A stretch of 64,000 nt of DNA. It comes from Paraspadella gotoi (Eukaryota > Animalia > Chaetognatha). Within the stretch, counting starts at the first letter, position 1. Every line of letters starts with the position of its first letter. The notes under the pieces are model-generated. The model did not search any database, was not told the DNA's origin, and saw nothing but the letters and a program-made list of their open reading frames with translations. The stretch is from the NCBI GenBank assembly GCA_051294375.1, contig CM119268.1, positions 3,375,856-3,439,855 on the forward strand, read 5' to 3'. A program made the translations under genes and the position numbers. Shown here one piece after another: positions 1-14,934 of the stretch.

Positions 1-856
1 ATGCAAGGTTCCTTTTTCCAAAACTTCCTCCGGCACCAGATGCCATGGCTGTACATAGCCAATAAAAATAATTAATTATTGACGATTTTTTCTCTGCAGT
101 AGATGATATAAGTTGAGATTATATATATAGTTGACTCGCGTTCTCTTTACGTAATTTCTCTAACGTTCGTGACGATAATTGATTGATAGATAATTGATTG
201 ATTATTACGACGACGGTGATGAATTGATTGACGACGATGCAGACGACGAAGATCATAAAACCAACGTCGTTTCGATTCGATTCGTTTCGATTCACCGTCA
301 ACTTTTATCGGAGAATTTCGTCCAAATCAAGTTGATTCGTAAAATTCGTTGAACCAGAAAACGAAACGAAAGAAAATTTTTAAAAAATATATTTTTTCAC
401 AAATGCGTAAAATAATTCGCCTATTGTTATGAACCCACAACCCAGTCTGCCTTTAAGGATTTACTAAGACCATAAATAATATGTAATATAATCTATATTG
501 ACGATTGTCATACCTAAAGTTTCTCAAAACGATCGACGGCGAGCGAACGAGATTGAAATATCGACCGCGGCGAGCACGATGGCCAAAACTGGCCCAAAAT
601 GGCCAAAAATGGCAAAATGGCAGAATTGGAGAAATCTCTTGGATCGATGTCCGATTCCAGTTTCCTCTCCATTTGTCCATTTGGCTTCTCTGGTTCCCTC
701 GACGCCCTAGCGGAGAAAAAAAAAGACCGAATCAGCTGTTTTCTCTCTTTATTTATATTTCTTTCTTTTCCTAATTCCTTTCTTTTTTATTTTTCTTTAT
801 TTCTATATTTTTATATATCGCTTTTCTTTCTTGCTTTCTTTCTTTCTTTCTTTTTT

Positions 857-943
<87 letters not shown>

Positions 944-973
944 CTTTTTCTTCTTCTCTTTCTTTATTTCTAG

Positions 974-1040
974 TGGTCTGCATTTGCGCGGCAAAAGTTC
1001 GATCTTGACACGAAACGAGATTAAGTCGTTGGCAGAAAGG
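974..1040 (+). CDS. Possible noisy early exon of the LRR gene (…DLTRNEIKSLAER)
   Basis: Follows a polypyrimidine tract and TAG. With one indel it reads KFDLTRNEIKSLAER (LxLxxNxIxxL), which joins naturally to AFINIRV… of the next exon. No canonical GT donor is present (AGG|ATAAAA), so this is tentative. Confidence 0.35.
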
Positions 1041-1049
1041 ATAAAACAT

Positions 1050-1270
1050 TGGCATGGAGATGGCGCTCGGACATGGAGATGTCGCCTTGGCATGGAGATA
1101 GCTCTGGGGCGTAGCAGATCGCGCGCTGGCATGGAGAAGGCGCTCGAGAATGGAGATGGCGCTCTGGCATGGAAATGTTTTTCGATCATCAAGAAGGTCC
1201 TCTGGTATGTCAGATGGCACTCTCGAATGGAGATGACGCTCTGGCAGGGCATGGCTTTGGCATGGCAGAA
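1050..1270 (+). repeat. Degenerate ~20 bp tandem repeat (ggcatggagatggcgctc)
   Basis: About 8-10 diverged units visible. Confidence 0.7.
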
Positions 1271-2339
1271 AAGCAAGGAAGAGAGCATAGAGGCATATGA
1301 CTGTGACGCGAACCTTGGGAGAAAAAAAATGGTTGTTTAAGCTTTTCTCCTTTCTTTTTTTGGACCCATAGTCATAGATTTGATTATTTTCAGATAAAAA
1401 TGTTAACAAAATGAAAAAAGTCAAGAAAGTCAAGAAATTTAATTAAGTTAAGAATGTTAAGAAAGTTATTTCTTTGGACAACCGCAGTTAAATATGAAGA
1501 ATTGATAACTTCATTTAACATGTTAAACTATATATATATAAAAAACCGCTCTATTTCGAAGACTTCTGTTTTCCTCAAAGGCGCTGGCAAGTCAAGTCAT
1601 AACATCAACGAAAGTTAAGAAAGTTAATTTATTATACTAATCACCATTTTAAACTTTTTCCTACTTTTTCTAATTTATCTTTTTCACGATTCTTTGCCCC
1701 TCATTCTCTTCTTTCCATCATTTCATCTGTCAATCATTCCATGATTCCAACAGTCCATCATTCTTATCTTTTCATCATTCCATCATTTCATCTGTCAATC
1801 ATTCTATCAAACCATCATTCCCTCATTCCATCACTCCATCATTCTTATCTTNNNNNNNNNNNNNNNNNNNNNNNNNNNNNNNNNNNNNNNNNNNNNNNNN
1901 NNNNNNNNNNNNNNNNNNNNNNNNNNNNNNNNNNNNNNNNNNNNNNNNNNNNNNNNNNNNNNNNNNNNNNNNNNNNNNNNNNNNNNNNNNNNNNNNNNNN
2001 NNNNNNNNNNNNNNTCTTATCTTTCCATCACTCCATCATTCCATCTGTCAATCAGTCCATCAGTCCATCATTCCCTCATTCCATCACTCCATCATTCTTA
2101 TCTTTCCATCACTCCATCATTCCATCTGTCAATCATTCCATCAGTCCATCATTCCCTCATTCCATCACTACATCATTCTTATCTTTCCATCATTCCATCC
2201 TTCCCTTTTCCTCATTACCCAACCTTCAATCTTCCCCCCTTACATTTTTCATATTTCCCCCCCCTATCCTTTTCCCTTTTGTTTTCCATCCACTCTGACC
2301 ATCCAGGTTTTATCTCTCACTCGTTGCTCTTTTGTTCAG

Positions 2340-2426
2340 GCGTTTATTAACATCCGGGTGAAGGCCATAAAACTCGATGGGAATCCGATAAAAAACGTCA
2401 CGAAAAACGCGTTCATGGGCCTAGAG
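2340..2426 (+). CDS. LRR gene exon (AFINIRVKAIKLDGNPIKNVTKNAFMGLE)
   Basis: tttgttcag acceptor and GAG|gtgaga donor; 87 nt, phase 0/0; fits the LRR consensus IxLxxNxIxxVxxxAFxGL. Confidence 0.8.
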
Positions 2427-2669
2427 GTGAGAAGGAGGACTGGATTACCCAACTCGGTCCGGAGTGTCTCTGTCTCGCGATGTGTCCTTCTTTCGTCTTT
2501 CTTTCTTTCTTTATCTCTCTCTCTGTCTCTCTCTGACTCTCTCTCTCTCTCTCTCTCTCNNNNNNNNNNNNNNNNNNNNNNNNNTGTTCTCGGCGATGTG
2601 TGTCCTTCTTTTCGTTCTTTCTTTCTTGTCTTTATCTAAATCTCTCTGTCTGCTCTCTGGACTCTCTCT

Positions 2670-2709
<40 letters not shown>

Positions 2710-2837
2710 TTATCTTTCCCTCTCTCTCTTCTTTCTCTCTTCCTCTCCTCCTCTCTCTCTCTATTCTCAATCTCATATCTGGGTTGCCACTTTATTTATT
2801 ATATTTACTATTCTCACTCACCCTCTCTCTCTCTCTT

Positions 2838-2868
<31 letters not shown>

Positions 2869-2925
2869 CTCTCTCTCTCTTTCTCTCTCTACTCTCTCTC
2901 TCATCTCTCTCTCTCTCTCTCTCAG

Positions 2926-3054
2926 TGAGGAAATCCTCGAGAACTCCACATTATCAATGGATCGCGTCCCATCCCCTCCCGGCCGACAGCTGGGCGACGC
3001 TGAAGCACGACTCAAAGTCTTAGATTTTGTCCGGGTTCAGACTGGTAGCGACTG
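2926..3054 (+). CDS. LRR gene exon with indels (approx. EILEELHING…PLPADSWATLKRLKVLDLSGFRL…)
   Basis: ctcag acceptor after a CT tract. LRR-like peptides (EEILE, PLPADSWATLK, RLKVLD) are split across frames, consistent with sequencing indels. The 3' boundary is approximate. Confidence 0.6.
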
Positions 3055-3546
3055 AGTAATGTTAATCACGGTTTTGGTGGACGATGAATGAGCAGTGAGA
3101 GAGAGAGGCGAGAGAGAGCGAAGAGAGAGAGACGAAGAGAGGAGAGAGAGAGAGAGAGAGATGAGAGACAGAGCGAGAGAGAGAGAGAGAGAGAGACGAG
3201 AAGAAGGAGAGCAAGACGAGAGGCAGAGAGACGGAGAGAGAGAGGGAGAGAGAAAGACGGATGGAGGAGAGAGAGAGAGAGAGAGGGTGCTTTGAAGATC
3301 CCACTTGAAAGGAAGTGAAAGTCTCTGGTTGAGACAACGAAGAGGAAAAATGACGAAAAAGCCTCTTATTTCATGAAAGAGAAGAAAAAACCCGATACGA
3401 ACGGACGGAGGGACAGACGGACGGACGGAGGGACGGACGGACGGATGGAGGGTCGGGCGGACGGAGGGTGAAATGATAAAGGAGTTTGAAAAAAGATGAG
3501 GGATGGAAGTGAGTGGTGGTGGTAAGAAATGGTTATGAATAAAAAA

Positions 3547-3638
<92 letters not shown>

Positions 3639-4517
3639 AGACAAGGACATAAATCGGATAATAAAGAAGACGGAATCGGCAATTTTGAAAAACATTGTCG
3701 ATGGCCGTCATATCGGGCTGACGAAAAATATTTTAAAAAAATAAAGAGAAAGTAATGTTATTGGTAGGGGTAGCCGCACTCAAGCGGCGTGAGTTCAAAA
3801 ACTTTCGAGTGCAGTAACACTAACTACTTGACCATGCCTTCAAAACGTAATATTTAGAACATTTTTTAAGAATACATTTCAATGGACAAAACATTTTCTA
3901 ATATGGCTCTATACCCGAGTAAGTTTATTTTTTTTTTAATATTTATTTATAATAAGAGAAAGGCCAAAAATATTTTTTTTGAATTTTTAAAATTTTTAAG
4001 ACCAGCATTCAGATAGCTCGATAAAAAAGTTGTCTACACAAAGTATGATTCTTTTTTTAAATATTTTTTTTACGATTAGTTTGTCAAAAATAAGAAAAAC
4101 TATTGAAAAATCATTCATCATCATTCATCCTTTCATGATTTTATCAGTGTTTTTTATATTTTTTTCACCTTACCGGACCAAATAACATAGAGGAATTTTT
4201 ATAAAGCTGTAAATTATATTTCTTGTTTAACTTTTTAATGGCTCTATCAGAATCCATCAAAAAATTTGAGATTTTAAAAAAAAATATTTTTGTCTAATAT
4301 AGTAATATAATATTTTTAATTAGTGCGAGGTACCCTCAGCAAGAAAGCATTTTTGACAAAAAATATTTTAATACCATAATCTATGTCATGATAGGATTAT
4401 TTTAACGCTGTATACATTAGCATTTAAATTTCATCGGCTATGGCTATTATTGGGGAGATAAACCAATCGAGAGAGAGAGAGACAGACTAAGGGGGAGAGA
4501 GAGAGACAGAGAGAGAG

Positions 4518-4650
<133 letters not shown>

Positions 4651-5297
4651 CTTTGTTTACCTTCGAAGAGAAATCGGTTTACTTTTGCAGAAAAAGTTTG
4701 TTTATGCTTTCGGGTGACGGAAGAACAAAATTCCAACTAAAATATTCTGTCAATTTTTTTTCTAATGCGGTTGTCAGATGTTGGCTTTATCCAGTCTGAA
4801 TGTCTGTAAACCATTTCCCGTTTATAAAATTTCCTAAAGGTAACTTTTAAAGTTTCAGGTGAGCTTTGCCTATGCAGTTTCTCCCAAACTAATGTTTTAT
4901 TTGTATAATTTATGAATAAATCAAAATCTCTTGAGAAATAAGAGAAAGAAAAGTGCAACAAAAATAAAGATAAAATATACGAATGTAAGATAGGGATTTC
5001 GAAAAAAACGAAAGTTTTTAACAGATGTTACAATGATTTGTATTAACATCGCTTATCGCTAACAATAAAACAACGAAAAGAATGAATGTAGGATAATAAA
5101 AGAAGAAGAGAACAGAAATGAAAAACAAATATTATTATTGAAACAAATTTCTCTGACAGAAAAAAAAAAGAATTCAATGAATAATAAACATTTTGTCGAG
5201 TTTCTGATAATCACGCATTTCGAAAGAACCCTTTCCGATTTGCCAATTGGTTTTTCGCTTCGCCGACAATGAGTGAAAACGTCCAACGCAATGTATT

Positions 5298-5355
<58 letters not shown>

Positions 5356-6190
5356 TCTCTCTCTCTCTCTCTCTCTCTCTCAATCTCTACGTGGCGCCAG
5401 TTACGGAGAGATACTCTCTCCCTCCCCTCCCCTTCTCTCCCCTCTTCCCCTCACTCCCCGCCCCCAATTCTCACCTCACCAAAGCGTTTCACCTTCTCAA
5501 ACAAGAGATTAATGAATTTCTAGTCTTCACAAGGAACTTGACTTAATCAAGACCTCATTGGATGGCGCTGCTTCCCGCGCTGCGTCCCTTTGCTTCCCCA
5601 TCGCCCATTCATTTCTTCTCCCTTCGGTTCCCTCATTAGTTTTCCTCATCTATTTTTAACATTTATAATTAGTTATATATATATTTTACGTATTTTAATC
5701 GCAGTTTTTTATTTATTATATTTCAACGCATTTAATAATTATTTTACACTATGTAATATTATAATATTCCTAAAAATGATCGATTCAAACAATAATCAAT
5801 TCATTTTTTTAAATTTCAACACATATACACTGTTTTCCCTTCTTTCTCTCATTCAAATTTCCTAAACTTTCTGCAAGCTCTTTTCTCTTTCCCTATTTTC
5901 TTTCTAATTGACTCCTTTTATTCCTTCCTCATTTATTCCTTTCTTCTCAATTTCTCTCTTTTCTATTTCCTAATCAAATCTCATTCTCAATCCCCCTTTC
6001 TTATTCTCTTTCATTTCCGTCTCCCTTCTCATTCCATCTCTCACTTTTTCTAAATCTTTTTCTCATTCTCTTTAATTCTCATGTCCTGTTTATGTTTCTT
6101 AAACGAGCCTCTCATTCTCCTTTCTCATTTTCCTTTCGACTTTCATTTTCTCTCGACGAAAAACTTGGCTCCATTCGCCATTCTCTTTAA

Positions 6191-6222
<32 letters not shown>

Positions 6223-7515
6223 AGCTATCACCACCTTCGTCGCGTCGTCTTCAGTTTCATCCAAATTCACGCCAATCTGTCTTATGATCTTGTGATTGTA
6301 AATGCTTTTTCCAGAAACAAAATAAAATCATGAACATCATGGTCGTTGTCATCGTCGTTGTCATCGTCGTTGTCGTCGTTATCACCGAGCAATCCATTAC
6401 TTTCACTCCCTTCTCACTTCTCACTTCTCACCTCCGAACTCTCTTCCCCCTCTCACCGCCTCCAACTCGTTCACGTTAAACATTTCCTTCACAAGTTTCA
6501 CTCAATCTCGTTCACTGATTCGTTCTTCGGTTTTCACAAAATCTCGAATTCCAGAGAGTCAATCACCTGCGGAACTGAGTTGAGATTCACAATTCACTCG
6601 ACCCAATTTTTTTACGCTTTGTTCAAAGTTCACGTCGTGTTTTACTGGTTAAATTGTTCACAGAATGATCACTTTTACTGGGACGAATCTTAAATGCTAA
6701 TAACGTTCTTTTCGACCATATCGATTCTGTTTACTGACTCTCATAAAATCATCACAATGTTTCACAAAAAGTCTTTTTTTTATATTTTCACCATACTATA
6801 AATGATATTCATTTTTCACCTACGATGAAAACCTTTTTTTTAATTTTCGTCCAATTTCGTAAATTTGGTCGCACGTAAATAATAGCTAATGTGGTCTCAA
6901 CACTAATTATTTTGTTAATTCGATCAAAATATCTTTCATCATATACATTTAGTTGCACTAGTTACCTTAATTTTACTTAATAGTCAGGTTAAATTTGCTT
7001 GAATTACTTTAATTATTCACTCCTTATATTTATAGTTGATTCCATTCTCCCTTTTGTTTTTCAACAGTCACTTCTTCAACCATTGAGCCAATCACCATTC
7101 ACCATTCACCATTCACCATTTACTAATGAACCATTCACAATTCATCGGAGATTCTGCCCATTTCACCTCCCTTTACTCTTTCCACACCGTGCTTTCGTTC
7201 TGGCGGCCCCGGTGGAGGCGGTGGCGGCAGCGGGGGCGGTAGCGGGGACGGCGGCGACGACAGCTCCGGCGGCAGCGGCAGCAGCGGCGGCGGCGGCAGC
7301 GACTTTCCAACGTTTCGCTTCCAATTTGAAAAATTCTCCAGCGATTTGCCGAAGTTGCACTGAGTGTGGCGAGTCGGGAAAAAAATCTTTACAGTACGTT
7401 TTCGGATGATACATTTCTGATAAAATATTAAAATTAAAAATTAAAAAATTAAGTTTTTTGTAGTCGGGTATTGCAATATGTTTACCCGGTTTGTAAGCGT
7501 AATGCCTTCACTTGT

Positions 7516-7740
7516 GACCCTGTGGCTCATTGAGTCATAGCATCAGTTTATAACCATTTGGTACCGGGATCGATCCCTCATGCGTGAAGCGTAAGGACTC
7601 TGCTAAATCGCTTTGGTAGTCTGGAAGCGACCCCTCAAGCCTGATTCCAACCCCACAATCCTTTTTCCGGATGCTAAAGGGGGTTAAAGAACTTTCGGAT
7701 AGCATTCTTTAGCCTACTTAGCGCTTCATCCTCATTTTAA
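7516..7740 (+). mobile_element. tRNA-derived SINE-like element (second noisy copy at ~8719-8935)
   Basis: Pol III A-box-like TGGCTCATTGA (7523-7533) and B-box-like GGGATCGATCC (7566-7576) at tRNA spacing, followed by a non-tRNA body. Confidence 0.5.
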
Positions 7741-7974
7741 CTAGCAACTGTTTTGACAGAGAACTTTACTAAAATCGGTACGTCATGAAAGAATTTTCAA
7801 AAATTAAATAAAATAAACTTGGTTTAAAAACTAAAATAAAGGATATAATTTCAGTTATATTTAAAAAAAATGTAGATTTAACTTTTCCAACAAATGCAAG
7901 AAGAGTGTTGGCGCGAAAGTCTGACGCGACGACGTTTCACTCTGAATCCGTGATTGAATTTCTTAACAAATTTT

Positions 7975-10345
7975 AAATTTCTAATAACGTTTCTTTCGAA
8001 CCAATCGATAGCTGGATTTAATGTGACTCCAATAAAATCATCACAATTTCATCAAAAGTCTTTTTTTTCTATATTTTTCACCCATACATAAAAGATATTC
8101 ATATTTTCACCTACAAAAACCTCTTTTATTCATCCAATTTCTAAATTGTTCCAACTTAAATAATAGCTAAGTTCCACACAATATTGTTAATCCTCTGATC
8201 AAAATATCTCATCTAACATTTATTGCACATACCTAATTATTAAAATTCATTTAAATTGCTTGAATTACCTTAATTATCACTCTTCATCATTAGATTATTC
8301 CATCACCTTTTTTGCAACGGTCACTTCTCAAAGCCATTTGATCATCACCATTCACCCATCACCATTCACCATTTACATAAGAACCCAGTCAAAACAATTC
8401 ATCGGTAATTCGCCCTTCACTCCTTACTCCTTCCACACATCTTCGTTCTTCCCGTCCCCTTGAACGCTTCCTCACTTTCGTACGACGGTCTGTTCGGACA
8501 CACCCTGCGCTATGCCTCAAGCAGCTGCTTTTTCTGGTCAGCTACTTCCAACTTTCGCTTCCAATAGAAAAAACTCCATCTATTTCCCTAAGTCACTATG
8601 GTGCATCTGTAAAAAACATCTTACATAATTCATGATAACATTCTGGATAAAAAAAAACTTAAAAATCAAAAAATTTTGTACGTATTCAATAGTAACCCGT
8701 TAACAAGCCTTCCAACTTGACCTCTGTCTCATGATCATATCACAGTTTATAAACCATTTTACCGGAATCGATCCTCATGCGTAAGGCGTAGGTTATCTGC
8801 CTTAATACGCTTGGTTAGTCTGGAAGCGACCCCTCAAGCCTGATTCCACCCCACAATCCTTTTTGCCGGATGTAAAGTGGTTAAAGTAACTTCGATAGCA
8901 TTCTTTACCTACTTAGCGCTTCATCCCATTTTAACTAGCAACTGTTTTGACAGAGCACTTTACTAAAATCGGTTACGTCATGAAAGAATTTTCAAAAATA
9001 AATAAAAATAAACTTGGTTTAAAAACTAAAATAAAGGATATAATGTCATTATATTATTAAAAAAATGTAGATTTAACTTTCCAACAAATGCAAGAAGTAG
9101 TTCATCGAAATTGTCTGACGCGACGACGTTTCACTCTGAATCCGTGATTGTATTTCTTAGAAATGCCGCTGAGGTGGAAAAGGAGGAGGAGGAGGAGGGG
9201 AGTGGAGGAGGGGATGTAGAAGGGAGATGGTATTAAGAGATTTGGAGGAGGGAAGAGTCAAAATGGAATCAATTTTTAGTACGTTGATGACTATACAAAA
9301 AACGAAAATGTAAAATGTAAAAAAAATAAAATTTAAAAATACTACAAAAACGATGAAAAATTACTTTGTGGGTTTTACACGTTCACTTTTTTTGTTTTTT
9401 TCATTCAAGATAGTCTTGATCAAATCAAAGAATGAAAATAAAAGAGAGAAGAGAGATTAGAGTAAGAGAGAGAAGAGATGAGAAGAGAGAGAGAGAGAGA
9501 AAGAGACGAAAAGAAAATTTCATACATCTAATAGTTCCATGCTGAATATTACAACCAAAAAACGAGATTATTAAATTTTAAGATTTAACCAAAAAAATTT
9601 ATAAAATTATAAACTAAAAAGTTCTTATATTTATATCTTGTAACTTCTTTATAATTGAAAAAGAAAATAAATATTAAAAAAAGTTCTTTTGTTTTCCTTT
9701 TTTTTCCCCCTATTTTATTTTTCTTAATTTCTTTCCTTTACAATATTTTTTTGTTTTGGTTTTCTAGTCTGCTCGGATAACTGAAGGAAAGACAAAGCCC
9801 AACAAACTAAACAAACTGCGTATAAAAACAAAACAAAAAAACAACGTACAACTACGTACCAAAAACAACAGAAACATTTTGAAGGTACCCTTTTCGCTTA
9901 TTACAAATTACGCTGAAGGGACGCAAAGAAGAATAGACAAAGACAATAGGAATAAATAAGTAAAAAAATAACAAGATATTTTATCTACTTTACCTCACTC
10001 ATTACTTCTCTTTTCGTCGTCAGCTTTCTTGTTTTCTCCGTTGGTTTTTTTCAATTTAATTTTGTTGTTAAATCCTCCGAGTTATTGTGATTGTAGTGAC
10101 ATCAGAATGTCTGTTAACAACCTAAACGTTTAGTTTAAAATAAATCTATCAAATCTTCTTCTACGACAAAAAATCAATACGAGACTACAACTATCACCCG
10201 CAGATACCGACTGCTGCCGGAAAAAAATATCGCTCCGAGAGAAAAAATAACAACCACAATTTGCTGAAATAACTAAAGAAGAATTAAAAATTATGAAGTG
10301 ATTTAATGTTTCTTACGTTAGTTTAAGTATTCTCCTAAACCTCTC
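7975..10345 (+). repeat. Error-rich duplicate of 6690-7965 plus 10391-11720 (likely gap-filling artefact)
   Basis: Colinear with both flanks, riddled with small deletions and substitutions, and ends at an N gap. Confidence 0.75.
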
Positions 10346-10716
10346 TCGTCCTCTCTCTCTTCTCTNNNNNNNNNNNNNNNNNNNNNNNNNGAAATGCCGC
10401 TGAGGTGGAGAAAAGGTGGGGAGGAGGAGGAGGAGGAGGGGGAGTGGGGAGGAGGGGGATGTAGAAGGGAGATGGTATGTAAGAGATTTGGAGGAGGGAA
10501 GGAGTCAAAATGGAATCGAATTTGTTAGTACGTTGTATGACTATTTTACAAAAAAAAGTACGAAAAATGTAAAATGTAAAAAAAATTAAAAATTTAAAAA
10601 TACTACAAAAACGATGAAAATTACTTTGTGGGTTTTACACGTTCACTTTTGTGTTTTTTTTTCATTCAAGATAGTCTTGATCGAAAATCAAAGAATGAAA
10701 ATAAAAGAGAGAGAGA

Positions 10717-10779
<63 letters not shown>

Positions 10780-11705
10780 GAAAAGAAAATTTTCATATCA
10801 GCTAATGATGCCTGAATATTACAACCAAAAAACGGGAGATTATTAAATTTTAAGATTTAACCAAAAAAATTTATAAAATTATAAACTAAAAAGTTCTGAT
10901 ATTATTAATCTTGTAACTTTCTTTATAATTGAAAAAGAAAATAAATATTAGAGAAAAGAAGTCTTTTGTTTTCCTTTTTTTTCCCCCTATTTTTTTATGT
11001 TTCTTAATTTCTTTCCTTTACAATATTTTTTGTTTTGGTTTTCTAGTCTGCTCGGATTACTGAAGGCAAAGACAAAGCCGCAACAAGACTAAAAAACTGC
11101 GTATAAAAACAAAACAAAAAAACAACGACAACGACGACCCAAAACAACAGAAACATTTTGGAAGGGGACCCTTTTCGCTTATTGGAACAAATGAGCGCTG
11201 GAGGAGGACGAGGAGAAGGAGAATAGGAGGAGGAAGAGAAGGAGAAGAATAGGAGGAGGAAGAGAAGGAGGAGCAAGAGGAGTTTTTTGACGGACGGTCC
11301 CTCGACGTCAATTGGACTTCGTCGGTTCGGGTGGGGTCCGCTGTCGTTGTTTTCGTCGTTGTCGTTGTTGTTGTTGTTTTCATTGTAATTTTTGTTGGAA
11401 TTCCTCGCGATGTATTTTGTGATTGAGTGCAGCAATATGGGTCTTTGTGACAACCTATCGAACAGTTGGGAGTTTAAAAGTAAATCTAGCAAATCGTCTT
11501 TCGACGGACGATGAAAACGAAGACGATGACGATCACGACGACGTCACCCGCAGATACGACTGGCGCGGCGGAAAAAAAATATCGTCGCGAGAGAAAAAAT
11601 AACAACAACAAATTTGGTCGAAAGACGAAAAGAGAGAATTAAAAATTTATGAAGGGATTTGAATGTTTTGCGACGGTATTTAAGGATTCTCTCTATACTC
11701 TCTTG

Positions 11706-11746
<41 letters not shown>

Positions 11747-11972
11747 CTCTCCTCTCTCCCCTCAACCCACAGACACCCTCTCGCTCTCTATCTGTCTTTC
11801 TTTTATAATGAATTTATCGGACTCTACCATTTTTTCACCAATCAACACATTCGCTGAGGGCAGCTGCGGTTTTTGTTCTCTGTTCCGATGTTTTTTAATT
11901 GTCGATTTTTGTTTTGACAATGATTGTGTCGTAAAAACTTATCATCTTAACTAAATAATTACGGAATATAAG

Positions 11973-14934
11973 CACGTTCCTTTCTACATCGTTTAATTCG
12001 GCATGGAGTGCACAAGAATGAGATGTCCCGGGATCGTTTCGGACCTTTGGGCTACACAAAAAAAGGGTAATTCAAAATTTTCCTAATGACAGTTTTTTAT
12101 TAATTAATATTAAAATTAGCTATATAAAATCATTAAAAGTAGAATAAAAAAAATTTAAAAATGGTTTAAAATTTTTTTAAAATGAAATATCATGATTCAT
12201 CCATAATCTATGAACAATTTTCTTTCGTTTGGAGTCCACTACCATTATTCTATCTTTAATATTTATTTGTAATTAATTTTTTCTTTATTAAAAATATTAT
12301 TTTAATTTTTTTTTCAAATGAATTTAAATTAAAAAAAATTATAACTATTGCCAAATGATTGAAAAAAAAATTTTATATTATAAGGACTTACCTACCTAAT
12401 ATAGGCCTTCAAATACATATATAGTAAGTTTATATTATGATGTTTGTTTTGACATAGAAAATAAATAATTATAAAATTAAATATATTGAAAAAAATTTAA
12501 ACTTTGAATTTTTTTTTAGGGCATAATAAACATAATTATTAATTAATTGTTCAGATGTTTTAATAGCTACTGGTCAGTTGTAACATTCTCAATTATAATA
12601 ATTTTATAAATTTTCTATTTTTAAATAATACTGAGCTGCTATATTTACTTACTTTGACAAAATCAAAAATTACTGGTATTAAAATTATGTATGAAACAGA
12701 CAAAACGTTTTTTAAATCACATGCTATTTAATTGTTTGAACTGATATAATATTATCTTTGGACAAATTTAAAAAGTTTTTAACATCCCAACTAGACATTT
12801 TTAAGGTGTCAAATGTATAAATATTTGATATTCGGACTGCTTTGTAGGTTTTAACTTAATTCAGTAACATCTTTTAAATGACAGAAAAGCAGTATATTTA
12901 ATCAGTTTTTTTATTGGAGGTGGGCATCAAAGTTCTAATACATATTAACATCAGTAATATTTGTTAAGTATAGTAGACTTCCTTATAGATTTTTTAATTT
13001 TGAAAACATTTTACTTTTTTTCTATAATTTTTTTGAACGAAAAACGTTTCTTTGATTACGCGAAGAGAATGTAAAAATTAAAAATAAATAATACCAATAG
13101 TTAGAGTTATGTCTAGAATAGATAAAAAAAAAAACGCTGTTTGAAAAATTTGATCGGAGTGGGGTAACTAAGCTTACCAACGGTATCCTCCATGCTGATT
13201 GTTCTCTCAATTAATTTTTTTAATTTTAATACTTTTGAAAGGGAAAGAAGAGAAATTCAGAATGCAGGTGGCATAAAGGGTAAAGGAAAATCTGTACATA
13301 GTGACATGATAATAATGACCTTTTATGTCTTGCGTAATGGTGCAGTAAAGAAACCTTAAAAATGCAATCATTAAGTCAGTCAATGAACCCTTTTGCGAAT
13401 TTTTTTTCTTAATTAAAATGGATGATAAATAATAGAATTAAATTCCCTTTAATAAAGTTGTTATATTTAAAGAAAATTAGCAATACATTTCAAACAATGA
13501 AGTCTTGTTTGTCAAATATGTCAGCAGTTAAGTAATTTTTTAAAATTTTATTATGATAAACAAGCATTATATCAAGCTTTTCTTTGCAGTTGAAGATAAT
13601 GAAAATGATTATTTTTTTTTTCACAGCAAGAAGGTAGACGTCTAGACTGTTTAGTATCAAGCTGAAAATTTTATTATTTATCATTTTTCATATTTAAAAA
13701 ACATTTTATCAAGCTGACTACGAATTTTTTGCTTGTTTTTTACTTTAACTAAAAATACAAGCAAATTTATAAAGTAGAGAAAATTTAATGATAATTAAAA
13801 TGTATTCAGACTTCCTCTTTCAATTTACTAAAGAAAACAAAAAAATTTCATATGCCTTCATTGAAATTTGTAATGCAAAAAAACAGTTATACTTTTAACT
13901 CGTATTTAATAAAAACTGTGTAAAGATTTATGGATAAAATTTACAAAACTGTTCTAGAAATGTGTCCCATGATTAGGGCTTTAATTTGATACCACACCCA
14001 CCTTGCTCCCTCTCCCTTTTTTCAAAGATATTCAAGAAATAACTTTTTTTATATACTTTTTTGCATCTTGCAGTTTTTTTTAAACAACTAACTTTTGGCC
14101 TTAAAAATGTCTAGTTGGGATTGTTTTAAAACTTTTTAAAATTTTGTCCAAGGATAAATATATATCACTCCACAAAATTAAATAGCATCTGATTTAAAAA
14201 AAAGTTTTCGTCTGTTTCATACATAATTTTTAATATCAGTAATTTTTAGATTTGGTCAAAATTAAGTAAATATAGCAGTCAGTATTACTAAAAATAAAAG
14301 AAGTTATCAAATTATTATAATTGAAAATAATACAACTGACCAGTAGGCTATTCAAAAGCATCATGACAATTAATTAAAAAATTATGTTTATATGCTATAA
14401 AAAAAAATTCAAAGTTATAAATTTTTTCATATATTAATTATTTAAATTATTTATTTTCTATATCAAAACATAATCATAATAAACTTACTATATATGTATT
14501 TGAAAGCCTATATTAGGTAGGTAAGTCCCTATAATATAAAAATTTTTCTTTAATCCTTTGGTATAGTTATATTTTTTTTTAAATTTAAATTATCTGAAAA
14601 AAAATAAAATAATATTTAATAAAGAAAAATTAATTACAAATAAAACTATTAAAGATAGAATAATGGTTATGGACTCAACGAAAGAAAAATTGTTCATAGA
14701 TTATGGATGATGCATGATATTTTCATTTTTAAAAAATTTAAACCATTTTTAAATTTTTTTTATTCTACTTTATGATTTTTATATAGCAAATTTTCAATAT
14801 TAATTTATAAAAAACTGTCATTAGGAAAAATTTGATTACCTTTTTTTGTGTAGCCCAAAGGTCCGGAAACGTATCCCGGGACATCTCATTCTTGTGCACT
14901 CATGCCGATTAAATCGATGTAAAAAGGAACCGTG
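11973..14934. mobile_element. Non-autonomous Chapaev/CMC-like DNA transposon with ~830 bp terminal inverted repeats
   Basis: Termini CACG…CGTG; TAAG duplicated at 11969-11972 and 14935-14938; empty site aata-taag-gacattga at ~21525-21540; arms ~11973-12806 and ~14099-14934 are reverse complements; no transposase ORF. Confidence 0.88.

Noticed and set aside
6999-7414. Poly-Ala ORFs on both strands
   Set aside because: A GC-rich (GCG/GCA)n tract with no splice or domain support.
7915-7965. Hammerhead on the - strand (GAAACGTCGTC)
   Set aside because: No CTGANGA core upstream of the putative stem II.
7975-10345. Real diverged tandem duplication
   Set aside because: It overlaps both flanks of an N gap and shows a uniform indel-type error pattern, which fits an unpolished read used for gap filling.
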